DNA of 64,000 bases, taken from NCBI GenBank assembly GCA_043228905.1, contig JBHGNT010000010.1, positions 20,894,001 through 20,958,000 on the forward strand, read 5' to 3'. Below are positions 45,640-58,599 of this stretch, one piece after another. The translations under genes and the position numbers were made by a program. Each line of letters begins with the position of its first letter. Position 1 is the first letter of the stretch. The notes under the pieces were generated by a model, which did no database searches, was not told the DNA's origin, and saw only the letters and a program-made list of their open reading frames with translations. Source of the stretch: Azolla caroliniana (taxonomy: Eukaryota > Plantae > Polypodiophyta).

Positions 45640-48600
45640 GACACTGGAGGATCCGGAATTGCTGTCGGCACGATCTTTGTGCCTTTGTTCCTGGTCTTGC
45701 CGGCCGCTTCCATTGTATGCCGACCCGCCTCGTCCACCACGCCCACGGGACCGATCTGCTTCCGTGTACAACATCCGGCTGTCAATGGGTACACACTAAC
45801 GAAGTTCCGACGACCTCAATCTCCTTTCCACTCTTGCTTCTGACACAGGAATATTGGTCGAAATCCAAGATTAAAGATACGTTATGTAGCCAAGCAGCGT
45901 GCTTTGTAGCACAAATAAGAGATGAAGAGCTCATGAATGAACTAAAGCAACATTGGCATAACACTGAATTTTGGTGCACCATGGATGACAAGGAACCTCA
46001 TCTTTGCCACATTCACCTGCGGACTATCATAGACACCCAACTAACTCCAAGCTTTTTCTATTTCTATGAGAAGCATAAAGGGGCGATTGAAGCTCACAAG
46101 ATAGCCCACAAACTCCACTCATGGATGTGGACCACTATTCCATCCCTGGAAATGATTGGATGTCTAAATGGTGAGTGCTCCCCACTCACGACCTGTTGTA
46201 CAAAGCACCAGGAACAACTGGCAATCTCCCACCCCATTCCATGAGTATGAAGATTATAACATGGAACGTGCAAGGACTCAGAAGTAGACTAGACCAACAA
46301 AATAGATGGAAACTGAGAAGGGATCTTGAAGAATATTTACTAGGGAGTGGTGCTGACATCATCATGTTGCAGGAACACCATCTCGATAGCACGCAGTTAA
46401 AGGAAGTCGGAGACCTTCTACCAGGATCATGGCGAACAATTTGGGAGCCAACAATTGGGGAGGATGGAAATCATGGTGGTAGTTGCACTTTGATTCGGGA
46501 ACATCTAGCCCAAGGCTTAATACACCAAGAATCACTTATACCTAGTAGGGCACATTTTTGCACGTTGGCCATCCAAGGGCAATGATGGAACTTCATGAAT
46601 GTTTATGCTCCAAATAGCAGAACAGAAAGGGCAACATTTTGGGACCGCGTTCACCTACAAGTAGTGGGTGCGGAAGAGTGGTGCATTGGAGGGGATTTTA
46701 ATATGATCGAATCCATTCATGATAGCTCCAACAACAACCCCATAGTTCTACAAGGAAGGGAACGTAAACAATGGGAGAAGCTATGTGTCCACCTTAACCT
46801 GCAAGACATCTGGCATTCTACCAACTTCCAACGAAAAAGGGATTCTCTCCTATTCTCCCAATCAAATGGGCAGAATAGTGGACCCACCCTATCTCGCATT
46901 GACCGCATTTATGTGGGGGAGGCTCTAAAAGCGAAGGGAGGGTGGTGTCGCATAACTCCAGGCACGACTTTCTCTGACCACTACCTGGTAGCTAGTCATT
47001 TTCAATTGTACTGAAAATGGGGCCCATTCCATACTCACATCCCACACACTATTTACACATTTATAGACATGAAGGACCAACTATCCAACCAATGGTCATT
47101 ACCCGTCAATGGCTCATCAGCATCGGACAAACTTTTAGCTAAATTAACAAGAGCTTCTACTTTCCTACATGAGATTGTCAAGACCAGAAGCAATGATGCT
47201 CAGGAGAAGCGATAGAGGACAAAACAGGGACTAATAGCCTTACAACGACTCCAACAAAGATACTCGTCCTATATTTGGATCGCAGGACAAGTCGCCACAG
47301 CCAAACATGAACTTAGCATGGCGGAAAAGGAAATATATGACATGGAGTTTCATGGAAGCATGGTGCAATGGATTCGAGTAGGGGACAAAACCACAAAGGA
47401 ATTCTTCCGTTCCAAAGGCCCGAGGCATGCTAGAACTGTGATGCGCAACCTTAACTGAGAGGATGGAACGACCACTGAGGATGGCGACGAAATGATGAAT
47501 ATTTCCACAAGGTATTATAGCCGCCTACTTACCGATGACATTATAACTACATGGAAGACATAAGAGAAGATATTATCCTCCAAAGCATACCCGAGAAAAT
47601 CACGTCGGAAATGAATACATGGCTCATGCGTCCCCTATCAATCATCAAGATATGGGAGGCCCTCACTAATTTAGATGCCGATAGTTGCCCCGGAATCGAC
47701 GATCTCACCCTACACTTTTTCACATGCCTTTGGGGCACTATTAAAGAAGACCTCCTCCAGGCATATGAGGAGATCACCACCTCTGGAAGCATGCCGGAGG
47801 AATTTGGATAGGGGATGATACATCTCATTCCTAAAAGTGGTGGGAATGCCAACGACATTAGCAAGTGGCGGCCCATAACTCTTCTCAATATTGTCTATAA
47901 GTTGCTCGCAAAAATCGTGGCACGCCGTTTAATACCACTTCTCCCTCAAATCATTCATCCGTCCTAGAGAGGTTTCGTTAGAAATCGGAGCATCCTAGAT
48001 AACCTCTTCTCATTCTGGGAAGTAGTAGCCCTTGCCAAGCGTACCAACAACAAGGTAGTGGTGGTGCTACTAGATTTTGAGAAAGCATATGACAGGGTAT
48101 GCTGGAACTTTCTAGAAAGTGTGATGAGGAAACTCGGCTTTCAAGAGACATGGATCAAAGGCATTGCAGGACTTTATAGGAATGGCAGCAGTTGTGTTTC
48201 GCTGGCAGGTGAAAGGGGCCCCTTTTTCCGAATATCCCGATCTGTACGGCAGGGATGCCCACTAGCTCCATCCTTATTTCTATTATACGCCGAAGCACTC
48301 TCTTGCTTTCTCAACTCGTGGAATCTCAACCTACGTGGTCTTCTACGTGGTCTTCCCGTACCTCATTCTCACCAAAGCATCATGGATATAGAATTTGCAG
48401 ATGACACAACAGTCTACCTGCAAGGGGACTTGGAAAACCACCAAAAGCTAGAAAGTGGGCTAGCTATATTTTGCAAGAGATCCAACGCCATGATCAATTG
48501 GCACAAATCCTACGCAATATGGCTCTCTCAGGAAACACATCCGGCGTGGCACCCACATCCCACTTTCAAATGGATCAATCAAGGAGCGAGCACCAAATAT

Positions 48601-48743
48601 TTGGGTTTCCAAATTGGTTTCAACATATCGCCGGAGACTATGATTGCACCCATTATCCATTCCATTCGACAAAAGTTGATACATTGGAGCTCGAAAAAAT
48701 TGTCGCTAGCGGGTCGCATCATAGTGGCAAATCAAGTACTACT
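45640..48743 (+). mobile_element. L1-like LINE, degenerate, 3'-truncated
   Basis: ORF2 from 46241: APE endonuclease (ITWNVQGL, LQEHH, NVYAPN, GGDFN, SRIDR, FSDH) and RT (WRPITL, LDFEKAYD, RQGCPLAP, FADD) with stops; left boundary approximate. Confidence 0.88.
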
Positions 48744-48764
48744 CCCTAAACCCTAAACCCTAAA
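48744..48764. repeat. Three plant telomeric repeats (CCCTAAA)3
   Basis: Exact repeats at the point where L1 ORF2 homology stops. Confidence 0.85.
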
Positions 48765-49719
48765 AGTGTAAGTAGTGAGATTTGGATCCATGTATATGAG
48801 TTAATAAAAACTAGACTTATAAGTAGCACTACAATATGACCCCCCAAGATATATGTTTTTAATGTCTGTAGGAGATAATCTGCAATCTATGCATCGAGTC
48901 AAGCACAAGGCAAGGATCAAACTTCGGTTCTCTCAAACTTATGTGTTTGAGTGATAAATGAGAAGGCAAATATGATCAATGGAACCTAAATAAACATGTG
49001 GATATTATATTTGTCTCCTTCTTAAGAATGGGCCTTGCCACATATATGTTCAACATTTTGGCTAGTGGTTTTGAGTATGAAACCTAAGTTAACAAGTCTT
49101 TTTATTGTTGTGCATCACATTATATGTTGCACATTTGAGGAATAAGTGAGATTTGTCATTGGGTCTTATTGCATATCTCTGTCCGTTTTGCACTCTAATG
49201 ACAAGATGATACCTTGATGCTTAGTTTGTGCATGTGAGTTTGAAGACGTTTAAGGGCATTGCACGAGCTAAGACTCATGGGGGGTGGTAAGATGTTGGAT
49301 ATGTTTTGTCATTCTTGCATTGTATTAAGCCAAAATACTCGAGCTTCATGTTTGCAGTGTAATATTCCAACTTTGAATTTTTAGCATTTTATCATTTCGC
49401 TCTCGATGACTCCATTACACTTTCATTCATGCTCACATACTTCCTAACATCGCCTCAAAACTTTGATAAATATTTAAATCCCCAACTTTTAAACCATTTA
49501 TTGATACACACAAGTTATATCATACAACCTCAGTACATGTGAGAGTGATGTAAATTTTATTAACATTCGTTAAGGTCAAATGTGACCTATGGGACAACGA
49601 TCCATGAAGAGGCAAATGGATAAATAGCATTACTAGCATCCATGGGATGTGGTCTATGGGATATGGATCTAAGCCCATGGCAAGTATTAGCCTTTGTTTT
49701 CGAGCCACTCATGTATACA

Positions 49720-50515
49720 TTCAGAAGGTATATCTCTGAATGTCATGGCCAATATTCAAGCAATAGAAAGAGGACAATAAGTGCACAACCATATCGGCAA
49801 ACAAGGTTTGAAACATGATCTTGTAATCGTTAATATGCTCATTGATATGTATGCAAAATTAGGATTACTTGAAACTGCTCAAGTAGGTTTTTTGACCATG
49901 TTCCAGCTTGATCGATAGTCTCTTGGAATGCACTGCCCACTCGCTATACTGAAATTAACAATTGTGATAAGGTCTTTGTTATCCCCACAAACTTCTTCAT
50001 TGCTCTGGGCATCAGATGGGACACTATATGATAATACTTTATTCTTGCAAGAATCGGAGATCCACAAAAGCATTGCCCTTATATATTAGAGTCAAAATAG
50101 CATGCTTGGTTGACAATGATATACCTTCAAATACAAGCATCATTATGTGCAAGAGAAGGATCACTATTTTGGCATTGTTGGGGGCCAGGGCTTTCGGGGA
50201 GGTGCATGAAGATGAATCAATGAACAAGGAATTTCAAGAACTTTAGGAATTGTTTACTGAAGGAAAAACTATTCCAAAGGAACCAATATTTTTTCTTATA
50301 AAGTGATACAAAAAAGAACGAAATCTGGCTTGTGCTAAGCAATTACATAACCTTATTATAAAAATGGTTTGTTAGCAAACATCACTATTGCAAATAAGAT
50401 GATAGACATGACAACCATACAATTGCAAGTGGTTATGACTTCAATGTCTTTGTGAGCAATGCTCTTATAGACATGTATTGCAAGTGCAAAGACACTGACA
50501 ATGCAAGGAGATTAT
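49720..50515 (+). pseudogene. Decayed PPR fragments
   Basis: DLVIVNMLIDMYAKLGLLETAQ (~49815-49883) and NVFVSNALIDMYCKCKD (~50443-50493), flanked by stops. Confidence 0.65.
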
Positions 50516-51039
50516 GAAGGAACGTGAGATGCATGCTGAGATTGAAAGAACGGGACTGCTAGATGAAACATTTTTCTTGGATATGCCGAATATGAATAAG
50601 ATTGGCTAGAAATATTATTTATCTCTACCTAGAAAGATTGACTACAGTCATTCGACATGGCTATACAATATTTGTTGTAATATTGGATTATCTTGTATAT
50701 TGTCCACTTTAATTTTAATACCAATGGAGGATGGTTTTTTATGGAAAAAAAAAAAGGTTTAGCCTTTGTTTTCTTATGAATTGAGAATGAGGGTATATGG
50801 ATATACTTGTCATGGGAAATAATGCTTTGTAAGTTAGTCTTAACATCCTTATGAAGTGTAACATTTTTAATATAGAGTACCAATTACATGCCAAATATAT
50901 TCAAGAAACATGCTCATTAGATTAGATATTATCTAGCATCCATAGAGAGGCCAATATTGACCCATGGAGTCTTTTAATGTGTGTTTCGTTCCTACGAACG
51001 TATATTCATACATACTTTAAAACACAAACTCTCAATGTG

Positions 51040-51220
51040 TGAACGAAGCATACACATATGAGCTCAACCTTCTAGGTGTTATATTTAGTATGACACTCAA
51101 GTCATCGCTCCCGCTTAATATATCAACGCAGCTTTCATGAATTGCACTATATGCGGAGCTTATAAAAAGCAAGTGATATTCATCCTTTACTAGCCCTTCA
51201 TTGCAATACCTTACATGCAT
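51040..51220 (-). pseudogene. Non-LTR retrotransposon C-terminal CCHC-like fragment
   Basis: RYCNEGLVKDEYHLLFISSAY resembles the CxxC..EDExHxxxxC motif of LINE ORF2 ends. Confidence 0.4.
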
Positions 51221-52623
51221 GTATAGATTATAAATTGCATGGAGGGTTAATTCCTAAACTGCCTGTAATGCGAAAAGGACCTTTCAAGATTTTTGACTTG
51301 GATAAAAGATAACTTTTACCCCTCATTCTCCTTCATTGCATCCACCAAAAGCAAATTTCTTCCATGTAGCTTCGTTGCACACATTATTTGAGAAAAAAAA
51401 GTGTTTTCTATGTCACGATTATCTATTTTAATTAAGAAAACTCACATATTTCTTACGTACTAATATCTATTTATTAAGATGGATATATTTCTTCATTAGT
51501 GTGGTGATTAGGTGTGTGGTAATGTTAGTTGAAACTTGAACTTAATCTAATTCCTCAAGGATTCTACGATTGTGTAAAGTGAGGGGTAAGTGCTTTTATG
51601 TGGTGAGATATGGCATTGACTTTTTCATTGGAGAGTGACGCTTCCAATACATGGTTAGCTCACAGTGGGAAAGTCTACCCCTTATAACCCAATAGTGGCC
51701 CTTAGGAAGTGTAACACTCTAAGGTATGAGTCATGTTGGCCTTGGTCAAGAAACACGACCTAATAACTCAAACCAACTATAAGGTTGTTTGATGAAGATG
51801 AGCAAGTCATGCATTTGGCCCCTATATTTTTGTCACATTATCTAGTGAAGAAGTCTGAAATAAGCGGGGTTCAAACTTTAAATATAGCTCAAAGAACCCT
51901 ATATATGAGGAGAGTGCGAGAGCAAAATGATCAAACCCTACTACTGCTGTTCTTAGGCAAGGTTCATGTTGAGACGAGAATGACCAATTCTACGTTCGGA
52001 AGTATGCATGTGCCATGCATATATATCCGAAGCATATCATACGAAAAGGCCACCCATGTCGGCCGAAGCTATGAACATTCTCGGACAGTGTTCATGTCCG
52101 AGACCAAAATGACCGGTGACCATGCATTTTATCCCGGGGGGCCCCTCTCAAGACCATACTATGAAAAGGCCATCGCCCTGGCCCCTAATAGGAATTTGGA
52201 TTGGCCTATCTTTGGCCTTGATTTTGACTTTAAGGTCTCCTCCTAAACTAACTACCCCCACTGTGAAACCTAATCAAAGGCGGAAACTCCGGTGATGTGA
52301 TCGTTTCAATGCAGAGATCTGTTGGTTCATTCCAAAAGAAACACCTACAGTGGAGAGAATACTTCAGAGATTCTTCCCTCTGGCTAGACAATGGCAACAC
52401 TAAGGTAAGAAATCAACATTTATAATTATATGACCTATGTGTTGTTTGGTGTAGAATCATACATACTATGTTTATATATCTTGTGGGTTATGCCTCTTGG
52501 TTTTCTTGATTGTAGTATAGCTCTGCATCCCCTGACATTATTCACAAAAATACAAGTGAATCTTTATGGATCAATGGATGGTTCAATCCTTGTTGGGTAA
52601 ATGCGGAGCTTAGAAGAAGAGAT

Positions 52624-54327
52624 ATGGTGACGCCCTCTACACATGAAGAGAAATCCTTTTCTCTGGAGAAAAAAAAGAATAAGCAAGAGTTGGGCTTTGT
52701 AGAGTTGCTTAAGGATTGTATTAGAAAGAAAGACATTTGTGGGGGTTGTAATCTACATGTTGATATAGTGAAGCAAGGGTTACTTGAAAGAAGTCCTTAT
52801 ATAGCTAGTTGTTTGATTAGTATGTATGCTAAATGTGGAATGCTTTTGAAAGCAAAGAAAGTCCTCGAAGAGCTTCCAGTTCGAAATGTTGTAATTTGGA
52901 ATGCATTAATTTCAGGGTTTGCTCATGAGGGAGAATGTGATGAAGCATTTTTCTTCTTTGAAATGATGCAAAAAGAAGGACATTTTCCAAACAGCATTAC
53001 ATTCATTTGCATCTTGATGGCATGCGGAAGCACAAGAGCTATAAGAAAAGGTGAAGAAATTCATAGTGAGATAGTTCGGAGGGGTTTGTTGCAGGATAAT
53101 ATCGCACTTACTACTGCTTTGGTTGATATGTATGCCAAATGTGGTGTTCTTGACAAAGGTCGAGAAGTGCTCAATGGGGTTCCATTTCGAGATGTAGTTT
53201 CATGGAATGCTCTAATTTCAGGGTATGCAGAGATCCAATGCCACGAGGCAATGGTTTGTTTTGAAAGGATGCAGATGGAAGGAGTTTTTCCAAACGAGGT
53301 TACTTTTGTTTGCATCTTGAAGGCTTGTGGTAACAAAATAGCCATCGATGATGGGAGACGAATTCATGATGCAGTTATTCAAAGAGGACTGTTAGAGAGA
53401 AATTTTGTTCTCGGGAATGCTTTAGTAGACATGTATGCCAAATGTGGTATGCTTGAAGAAGCACAACATATACTTGAAGAGCTTCATTTTCGAGACATTG
53501 TATCTTGGTCTTCACTAATAGCTGGGTATGCTCAGGAAGGGCGTGGCCATGAAGCATTGACTTGTTTTGAACAAATGAAAAGGGAGGGTCTATTTCCAAA
53601 CGAAATTACCTTTCTTTCTACTCTAAAAGCTTGTGGCAACGCAGGAGCTATTGGCAAAGGCAAACAAATTCATGATCAGGTTATGCATAGGGACATGCTG
53701 GAAAAAAATGTCGCACTTGGAAATGCTTTGGTTGATATGTATGCTAAATGTGGAATACTTTTAAAAGCACAACAAGTGCTTGAGGAACTTCCTGTTAGAG
53801 ATGTAGTTTCTTGGTCATCACTGATTGCCGGATACGCCAAACATGGGCAATGCCATGAAGCATTGAATTGTTTTGAACAGATGCAAAATGAAGGTCTCTC
53901 TCCTGATGAGATTGCCTTCTTATCTGTACTGAACGCATGTACTCACTCTGGTAAAATGAATGAGGCACAAACATATTATGAAAGTATGAGTAAAAATTAT
54001 GGTATGATACCAACAGTAGAACATCATACTTGTATAGTGGTGGTATTTGCATGTTCAGGGGACTTTGAAAAGGCAATGTCAATTATTAGAACGCTACCAT
54101 CTTCTGATCATCCCCAAGTGTGGATTGCACTTTTGAATGCTTGTACAAGATGGGGAAATGTGAGTCTTGGGAAAACGGCTTTTGATCAAGCGATGCAATT
54201 AGATAGTAATCTTTCTGCACCTTATGTTATTATGGCGAATATGTATGCGGTTGCTGGAATGGGAGAAAATGCTAACGAAATTGAAGCCATGAGAATAACA
54301 TGCAGCTCGGGAAATTTTTGCAAGTAA
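52624..54327 (+). CDS. PLS-class pentatricopeptide repeat protein with E domain (organellar RNA-editing factor type); probable short upstream exon 52309/52391-52404
   Basis: 567-aa ORF with repeated P-L-S triplets (ALVDMYAKCG / VVSWxxLIxGY / PNEITFxxILKAC) and an E region (VWIALLNAC, YVIMANMYA); GT donor at 52405 and AG acceptors at 52515 and 52520 give in-frame extensions. Confidence 0.93.
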   Translation: MVTPSTHEEKSFSLEKKKNKQELGFVELLKDCIRKKDICGGCNLHVDIVKQGLLERSPYIASCLISMYAKCGMLLKAKKVLEELPVRNVVIWNALISGFAHEGECDEAFFFFEMMQKEGHFPNSITFICILMACGSTRAIRKGEEIHSEIVRRGLLQDNIALTTALVDMYAKCGVLDKGREVLNGVPFRDVVSWNALISGYAEIQCHEAMVCFERMQMEGVFPNEVTFVCILKACGNKIAIDDGRRIHDAVIQRGLLERNFVLGNALVDMYAKCGMLEEAQHILEELHFRDIVSWSSLIAGYAQEGRGHEALTCFEQMKREGLFPNEITFLSTLKACGNAGAIGKGKQIHDQVMHRDMLEKNVALGNALVDMYAKCGILLKAQQVLEELPVRDVVSWSSLIAGYAKHGQCHEALNCFEQMQNEGLSPDEIAFLSVLNACTHSGKMNEAQTYYESMSKNYGMIPTVEHHTCIVVVFACSGDFEKAMSIIRTLPSSDHPQVWIALLNACTRWGNVSLGKTAFDQAMQLDSNLSAPYVIMANMYAVAGMGENANEIEAMRITCSSGNFCK

Positions 54328-54690
54328 CTTGTGGATCGATACAAGTAAAGATTTCTGTTTGCCTTCTAGCAGGGACTCAAATGATTCTCAAGGGGAAGAT
54401 ATCAATGCAAGTAGAGAGATTGCTCTTGAATCCTCATATAAAGGATATTCTGTAGGCAAATGTTTAGTGCCATAAACTGTATTAAGACATATTGGATGAA
54501 CAGAAGGCATCCTCCGGCTATTGTTTGTGACTTTGTAAATATGAATAAAGGGGAAATTATAGATCTTGATATCTGGAGAGATTCAGCAAAGATGCACTTG
54601 ATGATACCGTGAACTATGATGTCTGCCACTATCTCAAGTATCCCAATATTGCTGGAATTTGTGCCTTCAAAATGGAACGTCTGCACAGGT
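54326..54690 (+). pseudogene. Eroded E+/DYW-like tail of the PPR gene
   Basis: Shifted frame reads LWIDTSKDF...DSNDSQGEDINA...KGYS, then PAIVCDFVNMNKGEII, at the positions of the E+ and DYW segments; no HxE or CxxC recognisable. Confidence 0.45.
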
Positions 54691-56002
54691 GTGAATATCA
54701 CTAGGAAAACAAGTAATAGCTTGTTACAATCGATGAGTGATCGGAGTAGTGCATCAAAGGGAGGATCAGGTGGCACCAAACTCTGAATATGATTTACATA
54801 ACAACAGAAATCTGGGTGATGATGTCTGTGATCTTTTTTCACAATATGTCATGCTTTGAGGTTAGAATTATAAATGATGTTGTATCCCTGTTTCTTTCCC
54901 GCATTTTATAGTTCACAATTTGATTTTTAAATTTTCTGTATATTTATTCTCGATTCATTCTCTTTATGTGTAGGGATCCATAGAGTGTTAACGGATCCAC
55001 AGATCTGGATGGTGTTCTTGACATTGCAGGTTAGAATTTTTATTTTCTTATTTTTACTATTTCTACTTTTTCATGTATCAACATATAGCAAATGATTGTT
55101 TTACTGATGAAACTATTTTAAATTATAGTCTACAGAATATAAAGCATTGGTTTTCCTCCTCTTCTGATTTTTTTGTAGGAGCTGTACTAGGATGATAATA
55201 ATATTCAACCTGCCACAAGGCATCATGCCAGTTCCTGCTTCATTTAAGCAAAAATGCGTCATATTTTGATTGATGACCCAAACCAACAGGTTCTGAAGCC
55301 ATAAACCTGCAACTTATTTCTTCTGTTTTTATTTTTAAATATTTACTACTCTGTACGAATGGATTCTTGACTTCACGGCATACACAGCGCACTTGATAAA
55401 GCTAAACATGTCTAAACATGATGGTCGACAGTTTCCTTAAACATGTGGTATCTGTAGCGTATAGAAAAGAACTTACAGATCTGGTTCATACAAATGACAC
55501 TTAGCAGAGTCATGGTAAGGAGGGTCAAATAGTGACCATTGATAAGAATAATTAACGTGTTGATGCCTTCGGAACAATATTTATCATTATCGTGAATGAA
55601 GCACTACCATCACTGCTGAAACCTCAAGTTAAAGAATCTTTCACGTGATTCCTGAGAAGTGGGATTAACAAATCCCATCCATCTAGATAACGACTGTTAG
55701 AAACGGTGATGGAACCAATATAAAATAAACTACACTTAAATGTTGAATATTTGGTTTGAATACATGCCACTACTACACTTTATTGACAAGATATTGTCTG
55801 AAGACCAACTACTCTTCAGGAGGAAATCTAATAGAGATTCCGTCTCTCATTCACTTGAGATTCGGCCAATCTAGGGGGGGCCAATCACATTTGGACCCCC
55901 CCCCCCCCTGCCCAAAAAAAAAAGAGAAAAACCCAGGAAATTTATGCTTGCCTGATCAATGTGTAGATGACTATCCCTTGAGAACAAGGTGATGAATTTC
56001 AG

Positions 56003-56175
56003 GTCTGATGTGAGAGATGGAGCACCTGATAATGCCTATTCATGAACCAGGAACCATGGATAAAGCAAGTACTTTGAGAATTGCTGTGCATAGAGTCCCA
56101 CTTGAAGAAGTTGGACGAGCAGGTGCAACAATTGCAAAATCTTAGGGAGTTGATCATGAGCATTCACAATGACAA
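56003..56175 (+). pseudogene. Possible bHLH helix-2 relic exon
   Basis: After a TTTCAG acceptor: PGTMDKASTLRIAV, then (frameshift) HLKKLDEQVQQLQ, resembling the bHLH consensus PG.KMDKASIL..AI.Y.K.L..QV..L. Confidence 0.4.
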
Positions 56176-58599
56176 GTATGTAAGAAACAATAGAAGATGG
56201 TTTATTCTATTTAGATATATTATTTGACCACTCAGCATGTGACCAACACCATATCACTGTTTTTTTCCTGCATCCCCTGCTTGTCCATGCACCAGAACTT
56301 GACTATTTAGCCTCTTTTGTTATTGATTAAGAGACCCAGAGGGCAAAAGATGGGGCTGACAATATTGGTTATTCCTAATCCATGTGCACTGTTTAAGTAA
56401 ATCAGCCTGACTATAATGAAGTAAATCATTGATTGGATGTACCTCAGCTTCGTTGAAGAGAATTAAAAAAGTGGATCCATGATGCACAGATTCGATCCCC
56501 ATCATGTTTGTCCATCCATTTCTGCAGTTATGATTTCCACTCCATCTATCTTATGTTCTACTTCCATCAGTGATGAATCTATCATATGTTTCGTCACTAC
56601 TATTTCTGAAGGTATCATTGAAACAAGATCGAGTCTTTGTTTTTAATTCTCTACTCGTCATTCTTTGTGTAGGGAAAATCTCGTTTTGATTTTATGTAGA
56701 CAATCCCTTTTTGACAATACTTCTTTTATAGCAGGTTCTCTCTATGTTATACTAATGATTGTGTTCATCTTTAGAGCTGTTATTCAAGAATGTGCTTACT
56801 AATCATATGTTTCTTAACCACAAATGTTTTGTTTGTTTCAATCTTGAAGTGGCTAATTTATACGTGTATTGAGCACTCTAATATTGAATAACATATAACT
56901 TAGTTTCTTTGACAAACAATTAAGACTAAAGAAGTGACATCAATAAGCTTCCATAAATTGGTTATTTTATTTAGTTCACAGAATGCACCCAGAGAGAGTT
57001 GTGTCTGAAGTGTCATTGAACATCATGAATAATAAGTTATATGAATTAGACTTGTTCAAATGTTGAAGTTAGATTCATAATATTTGGAAAATGTTATTAT
57101 CTCCCAATTACTTTTTGTCATAATGAGATTTTGTGTACCACATGTAGGAACAATTGAGATATTTCTATATCAATAAATGTCCATAATGTAGGAAGTTCCA
57201 GTGTGTGTTTGATGTGCAACTACAGAGATTCAATTAATGGTCTTTTACTATGTCAATGTGCTTGAAAGTGTGTTATCACCTAATGGTGAGGAAGTTTGTA
57301 TCTTGTGAGCTGAGTGAGTACAAAATCGGTGAAAGCATTGTAAGTTGTAACTATGACTGAAGTTTGAAGGGACTTATGGGCTTCATGAATGGTTAATTAG
57401 TATTTAAAGGTGATGAATTCAAAATTTTGAAACCCATTGATCAATGCTTTGGTGAAATAAATGGCTTGGCTTTTGCTTCTACTAGCCTATGTTATTTTAC
57501 AAGCAATATGGTAGAGGTCACTATTAACTATTGTGTACAATTTGTTTGTCTATTAATGTCATTTTAGTTGGATTTATGGATTTGTAGAATAGTTTTTCTG
57601 CATCTCCATGACAAAACATTGTTTTTTGAAAACAACTAGGGATGTTCGCATAACCCATGTGAAAGTTTCAAATAAAAGCTCGCAAAAGACAATAAACTTT
57701 CATTAAAAGTTGTTGAAGGCTTTGATTTGACATCTCGTAGTTTAGAAGCATGTCTACTTCAATTTTGACAAAATTTAAAGCTTAGATTTTTTTATTCAAA
57801 TGCCGGAGGGCAAATTCTTGTTGTATTTGGCACCTTGTTATTGTTACTCAACCTCCTCATCTTGTTAACTTTGAACAAGCTCCTATTGCACCACATGGAG
57901 ACCAATAGTTGTTTCTAGAAATATAGCAAAATGTAGTCTCTAGTCATCCAAGCTACAAGGTCAAGGATCATAATTGATGAGTTGCTAATAAAGTTTCCCT
58001 ACAACTTTTATAGCTGCATTTTTTATCTCTCTTCTACCATTGGGGATCTAGTATCATAAAATGTGCTTGTGGTGGCATGTCGAATTAGAATTCCTCTTCT
58101 TTATTCGCTTCCAAATATTTTAAAATTTTGCTCACTTATCCTATTGCATATACTTTTAACATCAATTACCTTTTATTACAATGCATTGACTAGCAAAAGC
58201 CTTTTGGAAGAGAGTTTGTTTTGTCTAGACAAGGCTCATTTTCCATGGGAGGTGTTCAACTTTGTAAATCAGGCCGTCAACAATGTCATTGATTATGACT
58301 TTCTTGATAAAGAAACATATGTAGTGTGAAGTATTTTCGTATGGAATTTTTATTTGGTTAGAAATGAGTGGGCACACAAGCTAGTGCACATTAATAATTG
58401 AGTTTAATATGTTACAATGGATAAAAAAAGTGATCGCCTAAATTAACAATTAGAATATTGGATTATGATTCTTGCAAATTTTGGTGCTCATTGTATATTG
58501 TGTATTTATAAAGTTGCTTGAAGCACGTGTAAGAAACTGATGTGATTTTTGTCAAGTGTATTTAAATTCGGATATGTATACAACTTTCATAAATTGACT

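Noticed and set aside
51785-52246. 153-aa ORF upstream of the PPR gene
   Set aside because: Non-ATG start and no recognisable domain; probably promoter or repeat DNA.
54402-54842. 146-aa minus-strand ORF
   Set aside because: Non-ATG start, no motif, antisense to the eroded PPR tail.
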